DNA of 53,636 nucleotides from Promethearchaeota archaeon (GTDB taxonomy: Archaea; Asgardarchaeota; Lokiarchaeia; Sigyniarchaeales; SOKP01). Below, in pieces: positions 39,497-49,434 of this stretch. Made by a program: the position numbers and the translations under genes. The notes below the pieces were generated by a model, which saw nothing but the letters and a program-made list of their open reading frames with translations, ran no database searches and had not been told where the DNA came from. The stretch lies in NCBI GenBank assembly GCA_048939015.1, contig JBHLPW010000034.1, positions 1 through 53,636 on the forward strand, read 5' to 3'. Each line of letters starts with the position of its first letter. The stretch's first letter is position 1.

Positions 39497-40918
39497 ATGG
39501 ATATTGAAGCTGAAGAGATACTTGCAGACATCGCTGAGAAAGCACACTTAGCAGAGGGTATCGAGGGTGTTCGCTTAATACTTTTAATAATGTATCGTTT
39601 TCCTTCTCTTAAAAATAAAAAGCTAGCTCAAAAAACAGAAATTGCCATCCCCACACTTGCAGCTGTAAGAAGTGAATTAGTTAAATCAGGGATTCTTGAA
39701 AAAAGAAATTTTCTTGGTGAAAAAGGGAGAGAATGGGTAAAAAGTAGATTAAGTCTAAAATTTGAATATGATCCTTTACCTGGGAGTTTTAATAATAGTT
39801 TAGTCGAAATACCTGATGAAGTTTCAGCTTTAAATAATATCAAGGAAATAATACAAAACAGACCAACTCCAGAATTTGCACTTGATCAATCTCATGCAGA
39901 TTTTTCTACTATCGTAAAAAGAACGTTATTTTTGCTTAAGAAGGGAGATATTGAAGGGAGAAAGATTATCTTTCTAGGAGATGATGATAATATATCTCTA
40001 GCCGTAGGGTTGACAGGAATAACGCAAGAGATTACCGTATTAGATGTCGATAAAAGAGTTTTAAATTACATTAAAGAAAAATCAGAAGAATATACATTAC
40101 AGAATTTTACTGTTATCTGTCATGATTTAAGAGATCCATGCCCAAAAGAGATAACTAATAAATATGACGTTGTAGTTATGGATCCCCCTTATACAGAGCA
40201 AGGATTAAGATTATTTTTAAAAAGAGCAGGTCAAGTTTTAAAGTCTAGTATAAGGATTAAAGGTAAAATACATCCAGTATTCGGGAAAAAATGCTTACTT
40301 AGTTTTGGGAACAAACCACCATTAGAAATGCAGAAAATTCAATTAGCAATTTTAGATCATGGATTTATAATCAAACAAATGATTCCTGATTTCAATCGTT
40401 ATAAGGGAGCCAGTATAATAGGTCAATTTAGTCATCTTTTCTATCTAAATTCAATTAAAAATCCACAGAGTAATTATAATCTTGACTTTGCTTCACGTCC
40501 AATCTATACATCGGAAGTTAAAAGAGGAATTATCCCTCCATTTGCTCCAATTGGTTTTCATTTTGTAGGAGAAATGCGATTTGAAACTCAAAATCAAATT
40601 ATGGACAATGATTACATTCGTCGAGTATTTATTGATTCTTTAATATCTTCTGATTTAACAATTTTAGATATTTATAATCATAATTACATTCCTTATGGGT
40701 ATAGTATTATAGCTATTTTAGAAACTAGTCATGCAGCACTCCATACTTGGCCAGAGCATGGTTATATAAGCATCGATATTTTTATATGTGATAAATTTGA
40801 AAAGGGTTTAAATGCATTGAGATTAATAAAATCCAATTTTAAACCTACAGAATCCGAGTTTTTCTATATGGAGCGAGGTAAAGGAGAATTAATAGAATAT
40901 AAACCACTTAAATTATAA
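39497..40918 (+). CDS. bpsA: Branched-chain polyamine synthase A (BpsA/DUF43) fused to a C-terminal S-adenosylmethionine decarboxylase (SpeD-like) domain
   Basis: RP.P...DQ, GDIEGRKIIFLGDDD, DVDKR, HDLR.P, DPPYT (BpsA); then G.H, PYGYS, LETSHAALHTWPEHGYISIDIFIC, ERG (pyruvoyl AdoMetDC). Confidence 0.85.
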   Translation: MDIEAEEILADIAEKAHLAEGIEGVRLILLIMYRFPSLKNKKLAQKTEIAIPTLAAVRSELVKSGILEKRNFLGEKGREWVKSRLSLKFEYDPLPGSFNNSLVEIPDEVSALNNIKEIIQNRPTPEFALDQSHADFSTIVKRTLFLLKKGDIEGRKIIFLGDDDNISLAVGLTGITQEITVLDVDKRVLNYIKEKSEEYTLQNFTVICHDLRDPCPKEITNKYDVVVMDPPYTEQGLRLFLKRAGQVLKSSIRIKGKIHPVFGKKCLLSFGNKPPLEMQKIQLAILDHGFIIKQMIPDFNRYKGASIIGQFSHLFYLNSIKNPQSNYNLDFASRPIYTSEVKRGIIPPFAPIGFHFVGEMRFETQNQIMDNDYIRRVFIDSLISSDLTILDIYNHNYIPYGYSIIAILETSHAALHTWPEHGYISIDIFICDKFEKGLNALRLIKSNFKPTESEFFYMERGKGELIEYKPLKL

Positions 40919-40983
40919 GAATAATTTTATAAATCGTACTTTCTGAATATTTCATAAATTAAAAATAATAAAAAAGAAATGAA

Positions 40984-41823
40984 ATGAAGGAAATAAATAA
41001 CGATAATATAGGGCATTATGATGTTGTCGACTTTCCAAAAGCAAGGATTCCTACTTTAGATTTCCTTACATTAGGAGATGATAATCATTATGTGAAAGGA
41101 TTGATAGAATTTGATGTTACTGAAGGTAGGAATAAAATCCAAGAACACGAGAAGAATACTCAGAAAAGAATCTCTTTTACAGCTTGGCTTCTTAAATGTA
41201 TAGGACAAGCAGCAAGTGAATTCAAGGAAGTACATTCGATGATGCTAGGTAAGAAAAAGATCGTTAAATTTGATGATGTGGATATTTCTATAGTGGTTGA
41301 AAAATCAGTTGATGGTGAGAAAGTCCCAATACCGTTAATCGTACGAAGAACGAATAAAAAGACTGTTATCCAGATAAATGATGAAATAAGAAAAGCTCAA
41401 TCTGAAGACGTTAATAAGGCAGCAATATTAGGAAATCATGAGATGAAAAATGATATTAAGACTTATGTATCTCTACCAAAATTTCTTAGAAAGTATATTA
41501 TTAAAAGAAAATTTAAAGATCCAGTTAGAATTAAGCAACTGATGGGAACCATTATTGTCACATCTGTGGGAATGTTTACTAATCTTCATGGATGGCCAAT
41601 TCCAACCACATCTCATCCACTGGCGTTTGGAGTAGGGAGTATTACAAAAAAACCAGGAGTAATAGATGATAAAATTGAAGTTCGAGAATATTTAGCAATT
41701 ACAGTTTTATTCAATCATGATATTGTAGATGGTGCTCCCGCAACTCGTTTTATTACTCGATTAGGTGAATTATTAGAAAGTGGTTTTGGTCTCCTTAACC
41801 TAGAATCGTTTATTTTCTTTTAA
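40984..41823 (+). CDS. 2-oxoacid dehydrogenase E2-like acyltransferase, catalytic domain only
   Basis: GTIIVTSVG, KPGV...I.VRE, NHDIVDGAPATRF; no lipoyl domain. Confidence 0.88.
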   Translation: MKEINNDNIGHYDVVDFPKARIPTLDFLTLGDDNHYVKGLIEFDVTEGRNKIQEHEKNTQKRISFTAWLLKCIGQAASEFKEVHSMMLGKKKIVKFDDVDISIVVEKSVDGEKVPIPLIVRRTNKKTVIQINDEIRKAQSEDVNKAAILGNHEMKNDIKTYVSLPKFLRKYIIKRKFKDPVRIKQLMGTIIVTSVGMFTNLHGWPIPTTSHPLAFGVGSITKKPGVIDDKIEVREYLAITVLFNHDIVDGAPATRFITRLGELLESGFGLLNLESFIFF

Positions 41824-42062
41824 ACTAAATAATAATAATTTAAAAAATTGAAGAATAATCATTAGAATTAAAAATAATTAATTGAAGTACCAAAAAAACT
41901 TATTTTCTAGCTTGAACTCCTTTCACGTAAAAATTTCTGGTGAAAAATGATAGTTCAGGAAGACAGCTATGTAAATATAGAAATCATAAATTGTCAGTGT
42001 GATTTGAATTTAATAAAATATAAATAAAAAGAACTTGAAATAAACTATACCAAAAAGAAACC

Positions 42063-43121
42063 TTGCATATAATGTCTGATTCTGATAAACCTAAAAAGGA
42101 TGATATTGACCATGAAAAAATATTACAGGGGAAAGCACTTAAGATATATTGGTATCTCTCGACTCACAGACGAGCAGGAGTAAGGAAAATTCAGAGAGCG
42201 TTAAAACTATCTTCCCCAGGAACAGTTTCTTATCAAATTGATAAACTAATGGATGCGGGTTTAATTTCTAAGAATCAAAAAGATGGTAAATACTATGTGA
42301 AAAAAGAAGTGAAAATGGGTATATTAGGGTTTTACTTTCACATAGGAATTTTTATGATACCACGATATTCTTTATACTTAGTTATTAATATTATGGGTTT
42401 TGTTGGATATTTTTTTTATGCGATTTTATATGGCAACGCGTTTATTACCAACCCAGGGAGTTTCCTTTTCCTCTTTTCCTTGATTTTTAGCACAGTTGTA
42501 TTTATTTTCGAATCCAAAAAAGTATGGGAAAGAAGACCTACTTACGTTTCAAATGCAAATGAAATGAAAATTGGACAGCATATGGTTCTTGTTAGTTCGT
42601 TAATAACCCTTCTCTCAACATTCTACTTTTCATTTGCTCAAGTCGTCGATTATGACGGGCGGACACTTAGTTCAGGGATAGGATTTCTATTTAATCTTCC
42701 AAAAATTTGGGGAAATCCACAATATTGGATAGATACATTTCCCTATTACTATCCTGATGATACAATGCTGATCTATCTATACTCGGTATTGTATCTTTTT
42801 TTCATATTTTCAGGAGTTATCCAATTAGTGGGGTTGAAAAGTAAGTATGTTGGAATTTTTGGTTCGTGTCTTACTATAGCTTTTGGTATCGTGCTAATAA
42901 TATATTTTAATGACATTGATATTGGGGATATAGGACGCCTGAATCGATTCTCTGCATTATTCTTAAGCCCACATATCATTGAAGGTATTCTACCGCTCGA
43001 TATAACTATAGTAAATATTAGTTCATTTGCGTATCGAACCATTTCATTAGGAACTATTACTTTATTTATAGGCGGTGGCTTAGGTTTAGTTGGAGGAATC
43101 TTATGTATAATAAAGGTCTAA
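42063..43121 (+). CDS. wHTH membrane-bound regulator fused to a copy of the downstream membrane protein (start probably ATG 42072)
   Basis: GVRKIQRALKLSSPGTVSYQIDKL HTH, 2 TM, then from 42564 a full paralog of 43425..43988. Confidence 0.8.
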   Translation: MHIMSDSDKPKKDDIDHEKILQGKALKIYWYLSTHRRAGVRKIQRALKLSSPGTVSYQIDKLMDAGLISKNQKDGKYYVKKEVKMGILGFYFHIGIFMIPRYSLYLVINIMGFVGYFFYAILYGNAFITNPGSFLFLFSLIFSTVVFIFESKKVWERRPTYVSNANEMKIGQHMVLVSSLITLLSTFYFSFAQVVDYDGRTLSSGIGFLFNLPKIWGNPQYWIDTFPYYYPDDTMLIYLYSVLYLFFIFSGVIQLVGLKSKYVGIFGSCLTIAFGIVLIIYFNDIDIGDIGRLNRFSALFLSPHIIEGILPLDITIVNISSFAYRTISLGTITLFIGGGLGLVGGILCIIKV

Positions 43122-43314
43122 GTTTTTATTGTTAATAATATTATTACAGTCCATTTTGAATTCTATATATGACATTTTATTCTAAAAATCAATTATCTCT
43201 ATATTAACTTATCTATTCATTATTTTTTTAAGAGGAAAGGGCTAATTTTCATTACTTGAAAATGCTCAGAAGTTTTAGTTTCTAATCTAATTGATTTTTA
43301 TAATAGTGTACGAC

Positions 43315-43404
43315 TTTTTGAACAATTTTTTTTTGAGTGTTCGAAAAATAGGATTAAATTTTAGGAAAAGAATTGATAATATAACAAGTTTCAAGCAACT
43401 TGTT
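43315..43404. promoter_or_regulatory. Two inverted repeats upstream of 43425..43988
   Basis: TTTTTGAACA(43315)-N13-TGTTCGAAAA and AACAAGTT(43383)-N6-AACTTGTT. Confidence 0.35.
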
Positions 43405-43424
43405 CAATCAAAAATATAATAGAA

Positions 43425-43988
43425 GTGAACATTATGAAAAAAGGAAAGCTATTGGTTCTTCTTGGAGCAGTTTTAACTCTCATTTCAACATTCCTCTTTT
43501 CTTTTGCACAAACAATCAGTTTTGATGGACGAACACTTAGTTCAGGTATAGGATTTCTATTTAATCTTCCAGAGATTTGGCGAAATCCAGGTTATTGGAT
43601 AGCGACATTCCCATCATACACAGTTGCTGATACACCACTCATTTACCTATTCTCGATATTATATCTAATTTTTGTACTTTCAGGAGTTATCCAATTGGTA
43701 GGAGCAAAGATAAAATATGTCGCAATAGTTGGCTCAGTCCTCACTATAGTTTTTGGGGCTTTATTACTAGTCTACTTTAATGATCTGGGAGGAGATTTAG
43801 AGGCTATGAACAGATTTTCAGCTTTATTTTTAAGTGCACCTATTGCAGAGGGTGTTTTACCATTACACGTTCCTATTATAAACAGCAATTCATTCGCATA
43901 TCAAACAATATCTTTAGGTACGATAATACTTTTTGTAGGTGGCAGTTTAGGATTGGTTGGTGGAGTATTAAGTATAAAAGATATTTAA
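43425..43988 (+). CDS. Four-TM membrane protein
   Basis: Hydrophobic; DGRTLSSGIGFLFNLP identical to the C-terminal half of 42063..43121. Confidence 0.8.
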   Translation: MNIMKKGKLLVLLGAVLTLISTFLFSFAQTISFDGRTLSSGIGFLFNLPEIWRNPGYWIATFPSYTVADTPLIYLFSILYLIFVLSGVIQLVGAKIKYVAIVGSVLTIVFGALLLVYFNDLGGDLEAMNRFSALFLSAPIAEGVLPLHVPIINSNSFAYQTISLGTIILFVGGSLGLVGGVLSIKDI

Positions 43989-44040
43989 AAAATCATTTTT
44001 TTTTTTATATATAATTTGAATTAAAAAAGAAATAATATAA

Positions 44041-45030
44041 TTAGAAATCAATATCTTGACCTATATTCTCTTTTAAAGCTCGGTCATAAACTAGCTTTGC
44101 AACAGCGACATCTTGAGCACTTATACCTACAGATTTAAAAACAGTTATATCTTGGTCTGAAGTTCTACCTGTTTTTCTCCCTAAAATAATTTCTCCAATT
44201 GAGATAATATCATCCTCTTCGATAATTCCTTCATTAATAGGTATAATATAATCTCCCGCCTCAGCTAAACAAGCCTCTTTCAATCCAGCAGTAAGAATAG
44301 ATGCTCTTTCAATAGTTTTAGAGTCTAATTCTCTCGCATCAGGCGCATGAGCTCCTATTGACGATATGTGTACACCTTCAGGAACATCATTTCCGGAAAA
44401 TAATGGCGTAGTACTAGTTGTTGCAGCAACTATTATATCTGTATCACTTAATATCTCATCACCAGAACCAACAATCGCTACCTCTATTCCTAACTCTGCT
44501 TCTAGTTCCTTTTTAAACTCATCAGCTTTAGAACTAACTGGATCAAAAACTAAGCATTTTTCTAGTTTTCCATTTAATCCCCAGTAGACAGCTGAAACTT
44601 GTTTCCTTGCTTGTACTCCAGCACTATATATACCCATAACGTTGCTTTCTTTCCTTGCCAAATATTTAACTGAAACACCTGTAGCTGCTCCAGTTCTCAT
44701 AGCAGTTATTAGCGATCCATCCATTATTCCAACTATATCACCAGTGTTAATATCTTGGATCATAACTTTTGCTAAGACTGTAGGCATCTTATATTTTTCT
44801 GGATTCTGTTTATACACAGATACAATTTTAGTTGCGAGTGCATTCATTTTTCCCCCTATTATACCAGGCATTATTAGTGTTAAACCTGGAGCGGGATCTG
44901 TTATAGCAATTCGTTGCGGTACCAATGCATTTCCTAGAGTTAATTGTTTGTATGCCTCTTCGACATACTCTAATGCATCGGGCATAGTTAATAACTGATT
45001 GACATTTTCTTTTGTTAATAATCTAACCAT
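44041..45030 (-). CDS. Ornithine cyclodeaminase/mu-crystallin family (archaeal alanine dehydrogenase-like)
   Basis: MPG, KIVSV, TAMRTGA, AGVQA, HISSIGA, FKSVG...QD. Confidence 0.92.
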   Translation of the reverse strand: MVRLLTKENVNQLLTMPDALEYVEEAYKQLTLGNALVPQRIAITDPAPGLTLIMPGIIGGKMNALATKIVSVYKQNPEKYKMPTVLAKVMIQDINTGDIVGIMDGSLITAMRTGAATGVSVKYLARKESNVMGIYSAGVQARKQVSAVYWGLNGKLEKCLVFDPVSSKADEFKKELEAELGIEVAIVGSGDEILSDTDIIVAATTSTTPLFSGNDVPEGVHISSIGAHAPDARELDSKTIERASILTAGLKEACLAEAGDYIIPINEGIIEEDDIISIGEIILGRKTGRTSDQDITVFKSVGISAQDVAVAKLVYDRALKENIGQDIDF

Positions 45031-45181
45031 TTGTTTAAATTCAACTCTAATTCTTATTATAATTGAATTTTATTAAGATCTCACTCAGATCTTTCATATA
45101 AAATTATAAAATATAAAAGCATTTAAAAATGAATATAATAAAAAATTGAAATTACGGTATTTATGAGAATAATAAGATTTA

Positions 45182-45220
45182 GGGCTAGAATGAAAGATTT
45201 ATTTCATTCTAGCCCGTTTT
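45182..45220. terminator. Perfect 14-bp hairpin (terminator or processing element)
   Basis: GGGCTAGAATGAAA-gattta-TTTCATTCTAGCCC followed by GTTTT, between the che-like operon end and the cyclodeaminase promoter. Confidence 0.5.
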
Positions 45221-45340
45221 AGGTACGAGAAACATTGGAAGGTCTATAATTACTTAAATGCCAAGATTTTAAAATATCATCATTTTTAAGCTATAGTTTT
45301 CCAATATAATTAAGAGCCTGCACCCTGTTTGCCATTTGTC

Positions 45341-45619
45341 TTATGTTTGAAATTCTCCCCTTAATTTTTCAATAAATATTTTATGTTCTGGGAAATTTAA
45401 CAATTTAACTCGTTTTCCTTTATGATGACAATAGTCCGGAGTATGTATCATCGATAAATTAAGAATCAAAATTAAATAACTAAGATATTCTTTTTTTGAT
45501 ATTTTTTTGAAATGATATCTTGAAATTCTAACCAACAATCTAAGAAGTGGTATTAGGTTAATTTCCCTTATTAATTCATTTTCGTCAAACAATCTTAAAA
45601 TTTCATCATAAACGTCCAT
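45341..45619 (-). CDS. Hypothetical protein
   Basis: 92-aa ORF with a strong GAGGAGG SD, downstream of the receiver gene. Confidence 0.65.
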   Translation of the reverse strand: MDVYDEILRLFDENELIREINLIPLLRLLVRISRYHFKKISKKEYLSYLILILNLSMIHTPDYCHHKGKRVKLLNFPEHKIFIEKLRGEFQT

Positions 45620-45653
45620 TATCTAGTTCCTCCTCTAAAAAGTAATATAAATT

Positions 45654-46052
45654 CTAAGTAGCTAAAGCGTTTGTAATAGATTCTATTATATCGATCATCT
45701 TAAATGGTTTTTTTATAAAGTCAATTGCCCCAGTAGCAAGAGCTTCTTCTTTTATTTGAACATCCCCACTAGTAAAAATGATTTTTACATTTCCATTAAG
45801 TTGTTTTATTTCTTTTGTAGCCTCGATTCCGGTTTTCAAAGGCATATGATGATCCATCAAGATTATATCAGGTTTGTCTGTTGAATTTCCGATAAGACTC
45901 TTATATTTCTCTATTGCTTCGTAACCATTATTAGCGCAATCTACTACTCTAAAACCGTTTACTTTAAGCACTTTTTTAAAAAGAATTTGAGTAGAAATGT
46001 CATCTTCAACTACCATAATATTTGTCATCGTATAGTCTGGATCTTTTGACAT
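45654..46052 (-). CDS. Stand-alone response regulator receiver (CheY-like)
   Basis: VVEDD, PDIILMD..MP..TG, T/S, KPF. Confidence 0.92.
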   Translation of the reverse strand: MSKDPDYTMTNIMVVEDDISTQILFKKVLKVNGFRVVDCANNGYEAIEKYKSLIGNSTDKPDIILMDHHMPLKTGIEATKEIKQLNGNVKIIFTSGDVQIKEEALATGAIDFIKKPFKMIDIIESITNALAT

Positions 46053-46057
46053 ATTAA

Positions 46058-47218
46058 TTAATCCTCATATTGAATACTATCTATTAACTTATTTTGATGT
46101 ATTTCTCCACGATTTTCTGATCTACTTAATAAATTTTTTAAGTCCTCCCCTAGATATCCTAGTTTTCGCGCAGTAGCAGTGATTTCTTCCATTGATGCTG
46201 TTTGTTGCTCTGTTGATGAGCTAATCCCTGTAATAGAATTAAAGGCTAATTTGATTTTATGAATTATATCATTGATTTTTTCTCCTGTAATAATTACTGC
46301 AGATTTCGATTCTTCAGCTAATTTTCGAACTTCATCAGCGACAACGCCAAAACCTCTACCATGTTCTCCAGCCCTTCCCGCTTCGATACTTGCATTTAGA
46401 GCTAATAAGTTAGTTTGCTCAGCTATACTTGTTATTAAATCTATAATATTCTGGATTTCTGTAGACGAAGTCACAACATCTTGAGTCGTATATGTCATTT
46501 CCTGGGTAGATGAAGAAATTTCCTCAGAGGCGGCATTAACTTCACTTGCACTTGAAGCTAATTCAGTAGCGATATTTGAAATGTTAATACTGGCATCAGA
46601 GGCCTTGTCAAGAACTATGGTTAATGTATCGTTAACTCTTCTAATTCTTTCTTCTATTAATGCTACCAATCCAGTAACTAAGAGAATAGTAACAAAAAAA
46701 ATCATTAAGCCTTCTCCGAAATTTTGTAACACTGTTCCCCCAAAAGAAGAATATATTTGATTTATAACTACTATAATAGCTGCTATAATTGTTATTCCTA
46801 AGAATGCATGGGTAGGAGTTTTTTTTCTCTTGTAAATACGTAAAAATAGGAATAAGCTTATTATAAGTAAAATCAACAGAGCTATTTGAATTCCATTTAT
46901 AGCAAGATTTAAAACCGAAACTGAAGCTATGACGGATTGATTTGTTATTTGTCTATATTTAATGAAAGTGGTGTAATATTCTTTTAATACCGCAATAAAG
47001 ATAGAAATAACCGAAAGCATTATAAAAACATAAGAAACTAATGAAATTTCTTCTGATATAGATTCAAAATTCATTAAAAAGAATCCAATTGAAAGTAAGA
47101 CATAAGTTGGGAGCCATGCTATTAGATCTCGTCTTTTTCTACAAACTATAGTAAAAATAATTGTAGCAATTACCATCAGAAATGAGTATTCAAACACCAG
47201 AGGATTTAGTTCTAACAT
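46058..47218 (-). CDS. Methyl-accepting chemotaxis protein with about 6 N-terminal TM helices
   Basis: [38 protein letters not shown] hairpin; EE/QQ methylation-like sites. Confidence 0.95.
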   Translation of the reverse strand: MLELNPLVFEYSFLMVIATIIFTIVCRKRRDLIAWLPTYVLLSIGFFLMNFESISEEISLVSYVFIMLSVISIFIAVLKEYYTTFIKYRQITNQSVIASVSVLNLAINGIQIALLILLIISLFLFLRIYKRKKTPTHAFLGITIIAAIIVVINQIYSSFGGTVLQNFGEGLMIFFVTILLVTGLVALIEERIRRVNDTLTIVLDKASDASINISNIATELASSASEVNAASEEISSSTQEMTYTTQDVVTSSTEIQNIIDLITSIAEQTNLLALNASIEAGRAGEHGRGFGVVADEVRKLAEESKSAVIITGEKINDIIHKIKLAFNSITGISSSTEQQTASMEEITATARKLGYLGEDLKNLLSRSENRGEIHQNKLIDSIQYED

Positions 47219-47529
47219 AAGATTTTATTCCATCTCCTTATACTAAAATTTTTAATTTTCATTTTTTTAGGAATTTGTATTTTTAACTGTTATTCTATTT
47301 TTATAAATAGCTTTTTGGAATCTTTATTTGAAGATTTACTTTTATAATTTTAATATATGAATTTTTCATATTTAAATTTTATGTTTTCCAGAATTGAAAA
47401 ACTCTACCTTTCAATCTGAGATCATTATATATTAATCTTTACCAAATTACTGGACAATATTTTCCAAATATCAATATTTTATATTCCAAAAGTGAAAAGT
47501 TTATTTAGGTAAATAGTCAATAATACTAT

Positions 47530-48525
47530 ATGGAGAGGGATCAAAAATCAAGAGAAAATGGAACAATTGATACTTTTTTAAATTATTCTATAGCAGATTT
47601 TATTGATCTCTCACTTGTTGAAGTTTTAACTCTACAATTTCTTTTAAGACAATCAGTACCTGTTGTGAGACATACGTTATATTTGGAAGTTTCTCAATTT
47701 CTTCAAAGCGAAAGTTTATCACTTGATACAATCGATACAAGAAAATTATCTTCTAGTGAAAAAAGATATCTGCAATTTCTTCAAAATAGGAAAATAATTT
47801 CAACCTCTAGTTTTTATAATAACCTTTCAAATCTAGAAAAAAGAGGTTTAATTAAAAGTAATTATAACAAAAAGGGAAAAGTTGAGACTATTGAAATCAC
47901 AAATTTAACAAGTCCATTCTTGGAATTAGTTCTCCAACATTTTGTCCGTTTTGGTGTAAGAACTTTATACCCTGCAATGTTAATTATGAAGGAAGCGATT
48001 TTAGAAAAACTTGGGAAAGATAGGTTCGAAAACGTTTTAATAGTCTGGCTTAATGACTATATTGATATCAAATTAATGCGAATAGTATATGATATATGTG
48101 ATTCAATGTTCATTTTGTCTAAAAATAATTTTATTAAGGATCTAGCAAACAACGGAATGAAAAATGTTAAATTTTCTTCAATTTATGGTGAAATGATTCG
48201 TGAACCTAATAAGATTTTTGATTTAGTTTTTTTTCCATTCTATTATCGAAATACAGTTCTTTCCGGGTTAACTATTACTGATCTTCTTAAAGAGGCAGTA
48301 AGAGTTACAAAAAAAAATGCAACTGTTATTATTACAGCACAATCTAAACCTTCTGAAGTCGATTGTAATCTTGCTGGTAAGGTAATAGAAATTTACAAAA
48401 GTGCAAACGAACATACTATTTATGAAATTAGTGAAATTGAGAATGATTTTAAGTCTGCAGGTATCTCAAAATCAGAGATTTTTGACCATAAAGGAGATTT
48501 AATCGGAATTGGATGGGTAGGATAG
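47530..48525 (+). CDS. wHTH (PadR-like) domain fused to a degenerate methyltransferase-like domain
   Basis: SSFYNNLSNLEKRGLI wHTH; FDLVF, LLKEAVRVTKKNATVII resembles the class I MTase C-terminal part, but no GxG motif I. Confidence 0.6.
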   Translation: MERDQKSRENGTIDTFLNYSIADFIDLSLVEVLTLQFLLRQSVPVVRHTLYLEVSQFLQSESLSLDTIDTRKLSSSEKRYLQFLQNRKIISTSSFYNNLSNLEKRGLIKSNYNKKGKVETIEITNLTSPFLELVLQHFVRFGVRTLYPAMLIMKEAILEKLGKDRFENVLIVWLNDYIDIKLMRIVYDICDSMFILSKNNFIKDLANNGMKNVKFSSIYGEMIREPNKIFDLVFFPFYYRNTVLSGLTITDLLKEAVRVTKKNATVIITAQSKPSEVDCNLAGKVIEIYKSANEHTIYEISEIENDFKSAGISKSEIFDHKGDLIGIGWVG

Positions 48526-48678
48526 TCATATTTTTGATTATTTATTTTTAAAGATTAATTAGATCTAAGATTCTGAGATATAGTCATTTTGTTTCATTCA
48601 ATTAATGAAAAAATGATGCCAAGATTTATTAGTAAAATCAACTCATTATTATAATTATAAATAGAATATAGATTAGCT

Positions 48679-49389
48679 TTGGCATTATTTCAACTTGATT
48701 TCACAAGGTTCATAACTGTATATATTGGTCAGGGTATATTTTTCGGTTTTTATTTATTTATTGCATACAATATACTTAAAAGAGAAAAAAGACAATTAAA
48801 TTATGTATTTAGTTGTTTTTATTTATTTATAGTTCTTGCTTTGCTTATTAACTTCATTTATGCTCCTATTCCTTATCCAGAAATTCAGAGAATTTTAAAT
48901 ACTCTTACTAATTTTTTTGTTTTCTTTGGATTGATATTTCTTCCCCTTTTTGATTTACTTTTACTAAAAGAAGAAAAGCTGAAAACCAAATATATTATCT
49001 TGATAATTATTATTTATGCACTATTATTATCTACAATCATGTTTACAAATCCACTTAGTGTTAGAATAGGTCCTAGTACTAATTGGAGACCAGTGTGGAG
49101 TATGACCTATTTTATGCATTTAATTATATTGAAAAGTCTGATGATTGTAATCCCCACTTTTACTTTACAAATTCTTTTATATCGGAAATTTCAAATCAAA
49201 GAATTAAAGAAAAGATGGCTCTATTTTAATATTGGAATTGCTGGTATATTTTCTTTCTCATATGGAATTATGATCGCCAATTTTTTAAATGATCCTCTAT
49301 TTAGAATTATAATTTCAATCTATTCATTATCAATTCTGGCATGGGGCTATTTAACATATTATGGTGTTGGTAAACAGATTGGAAAATAA
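48679..49389 (+). CDS. Approximately 7-TM membrane protein (sensor-like, no cytoplasmic output domain)
   Basis: Seven hydrophobic segments, W.PVWS loop, basic loop ELKKRW. Confidence 0.7.
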   Translation: MALFQLDFTRFITVYIGQGIFFGFYLFIAYNILKREKRQLNYVFSCFYLFIVLALLINFIYAPIPYPEIQRILNTLTNFFVFFGLIFLPLFDLLLLKEEKLKTKYIILIIIIYALLLSTIMFTNPLSVRIGPSTNWRPVWSMTYFMHLIILKSLMIVIPTFTLQILLYRKFQIKELKKRWLYFNIGIAGIFSFSYGIMIANFLNDPLFRIIISIYSLSILAWGYLTYYGVGKQIGK

Positions 49390-49434
49390 AAAAAAAAAAA
49401 GTTTTTAACAAAATCTTAAATTTTTCAATTCATA

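Noticed and set aside
41911-41959. Imperfect hairpin CTTGAACT..TTTCAC/GTGAAA..AGTTCAGG
   Set aside because: Short interrupted stems, plausible by chance in AT-rich DNA
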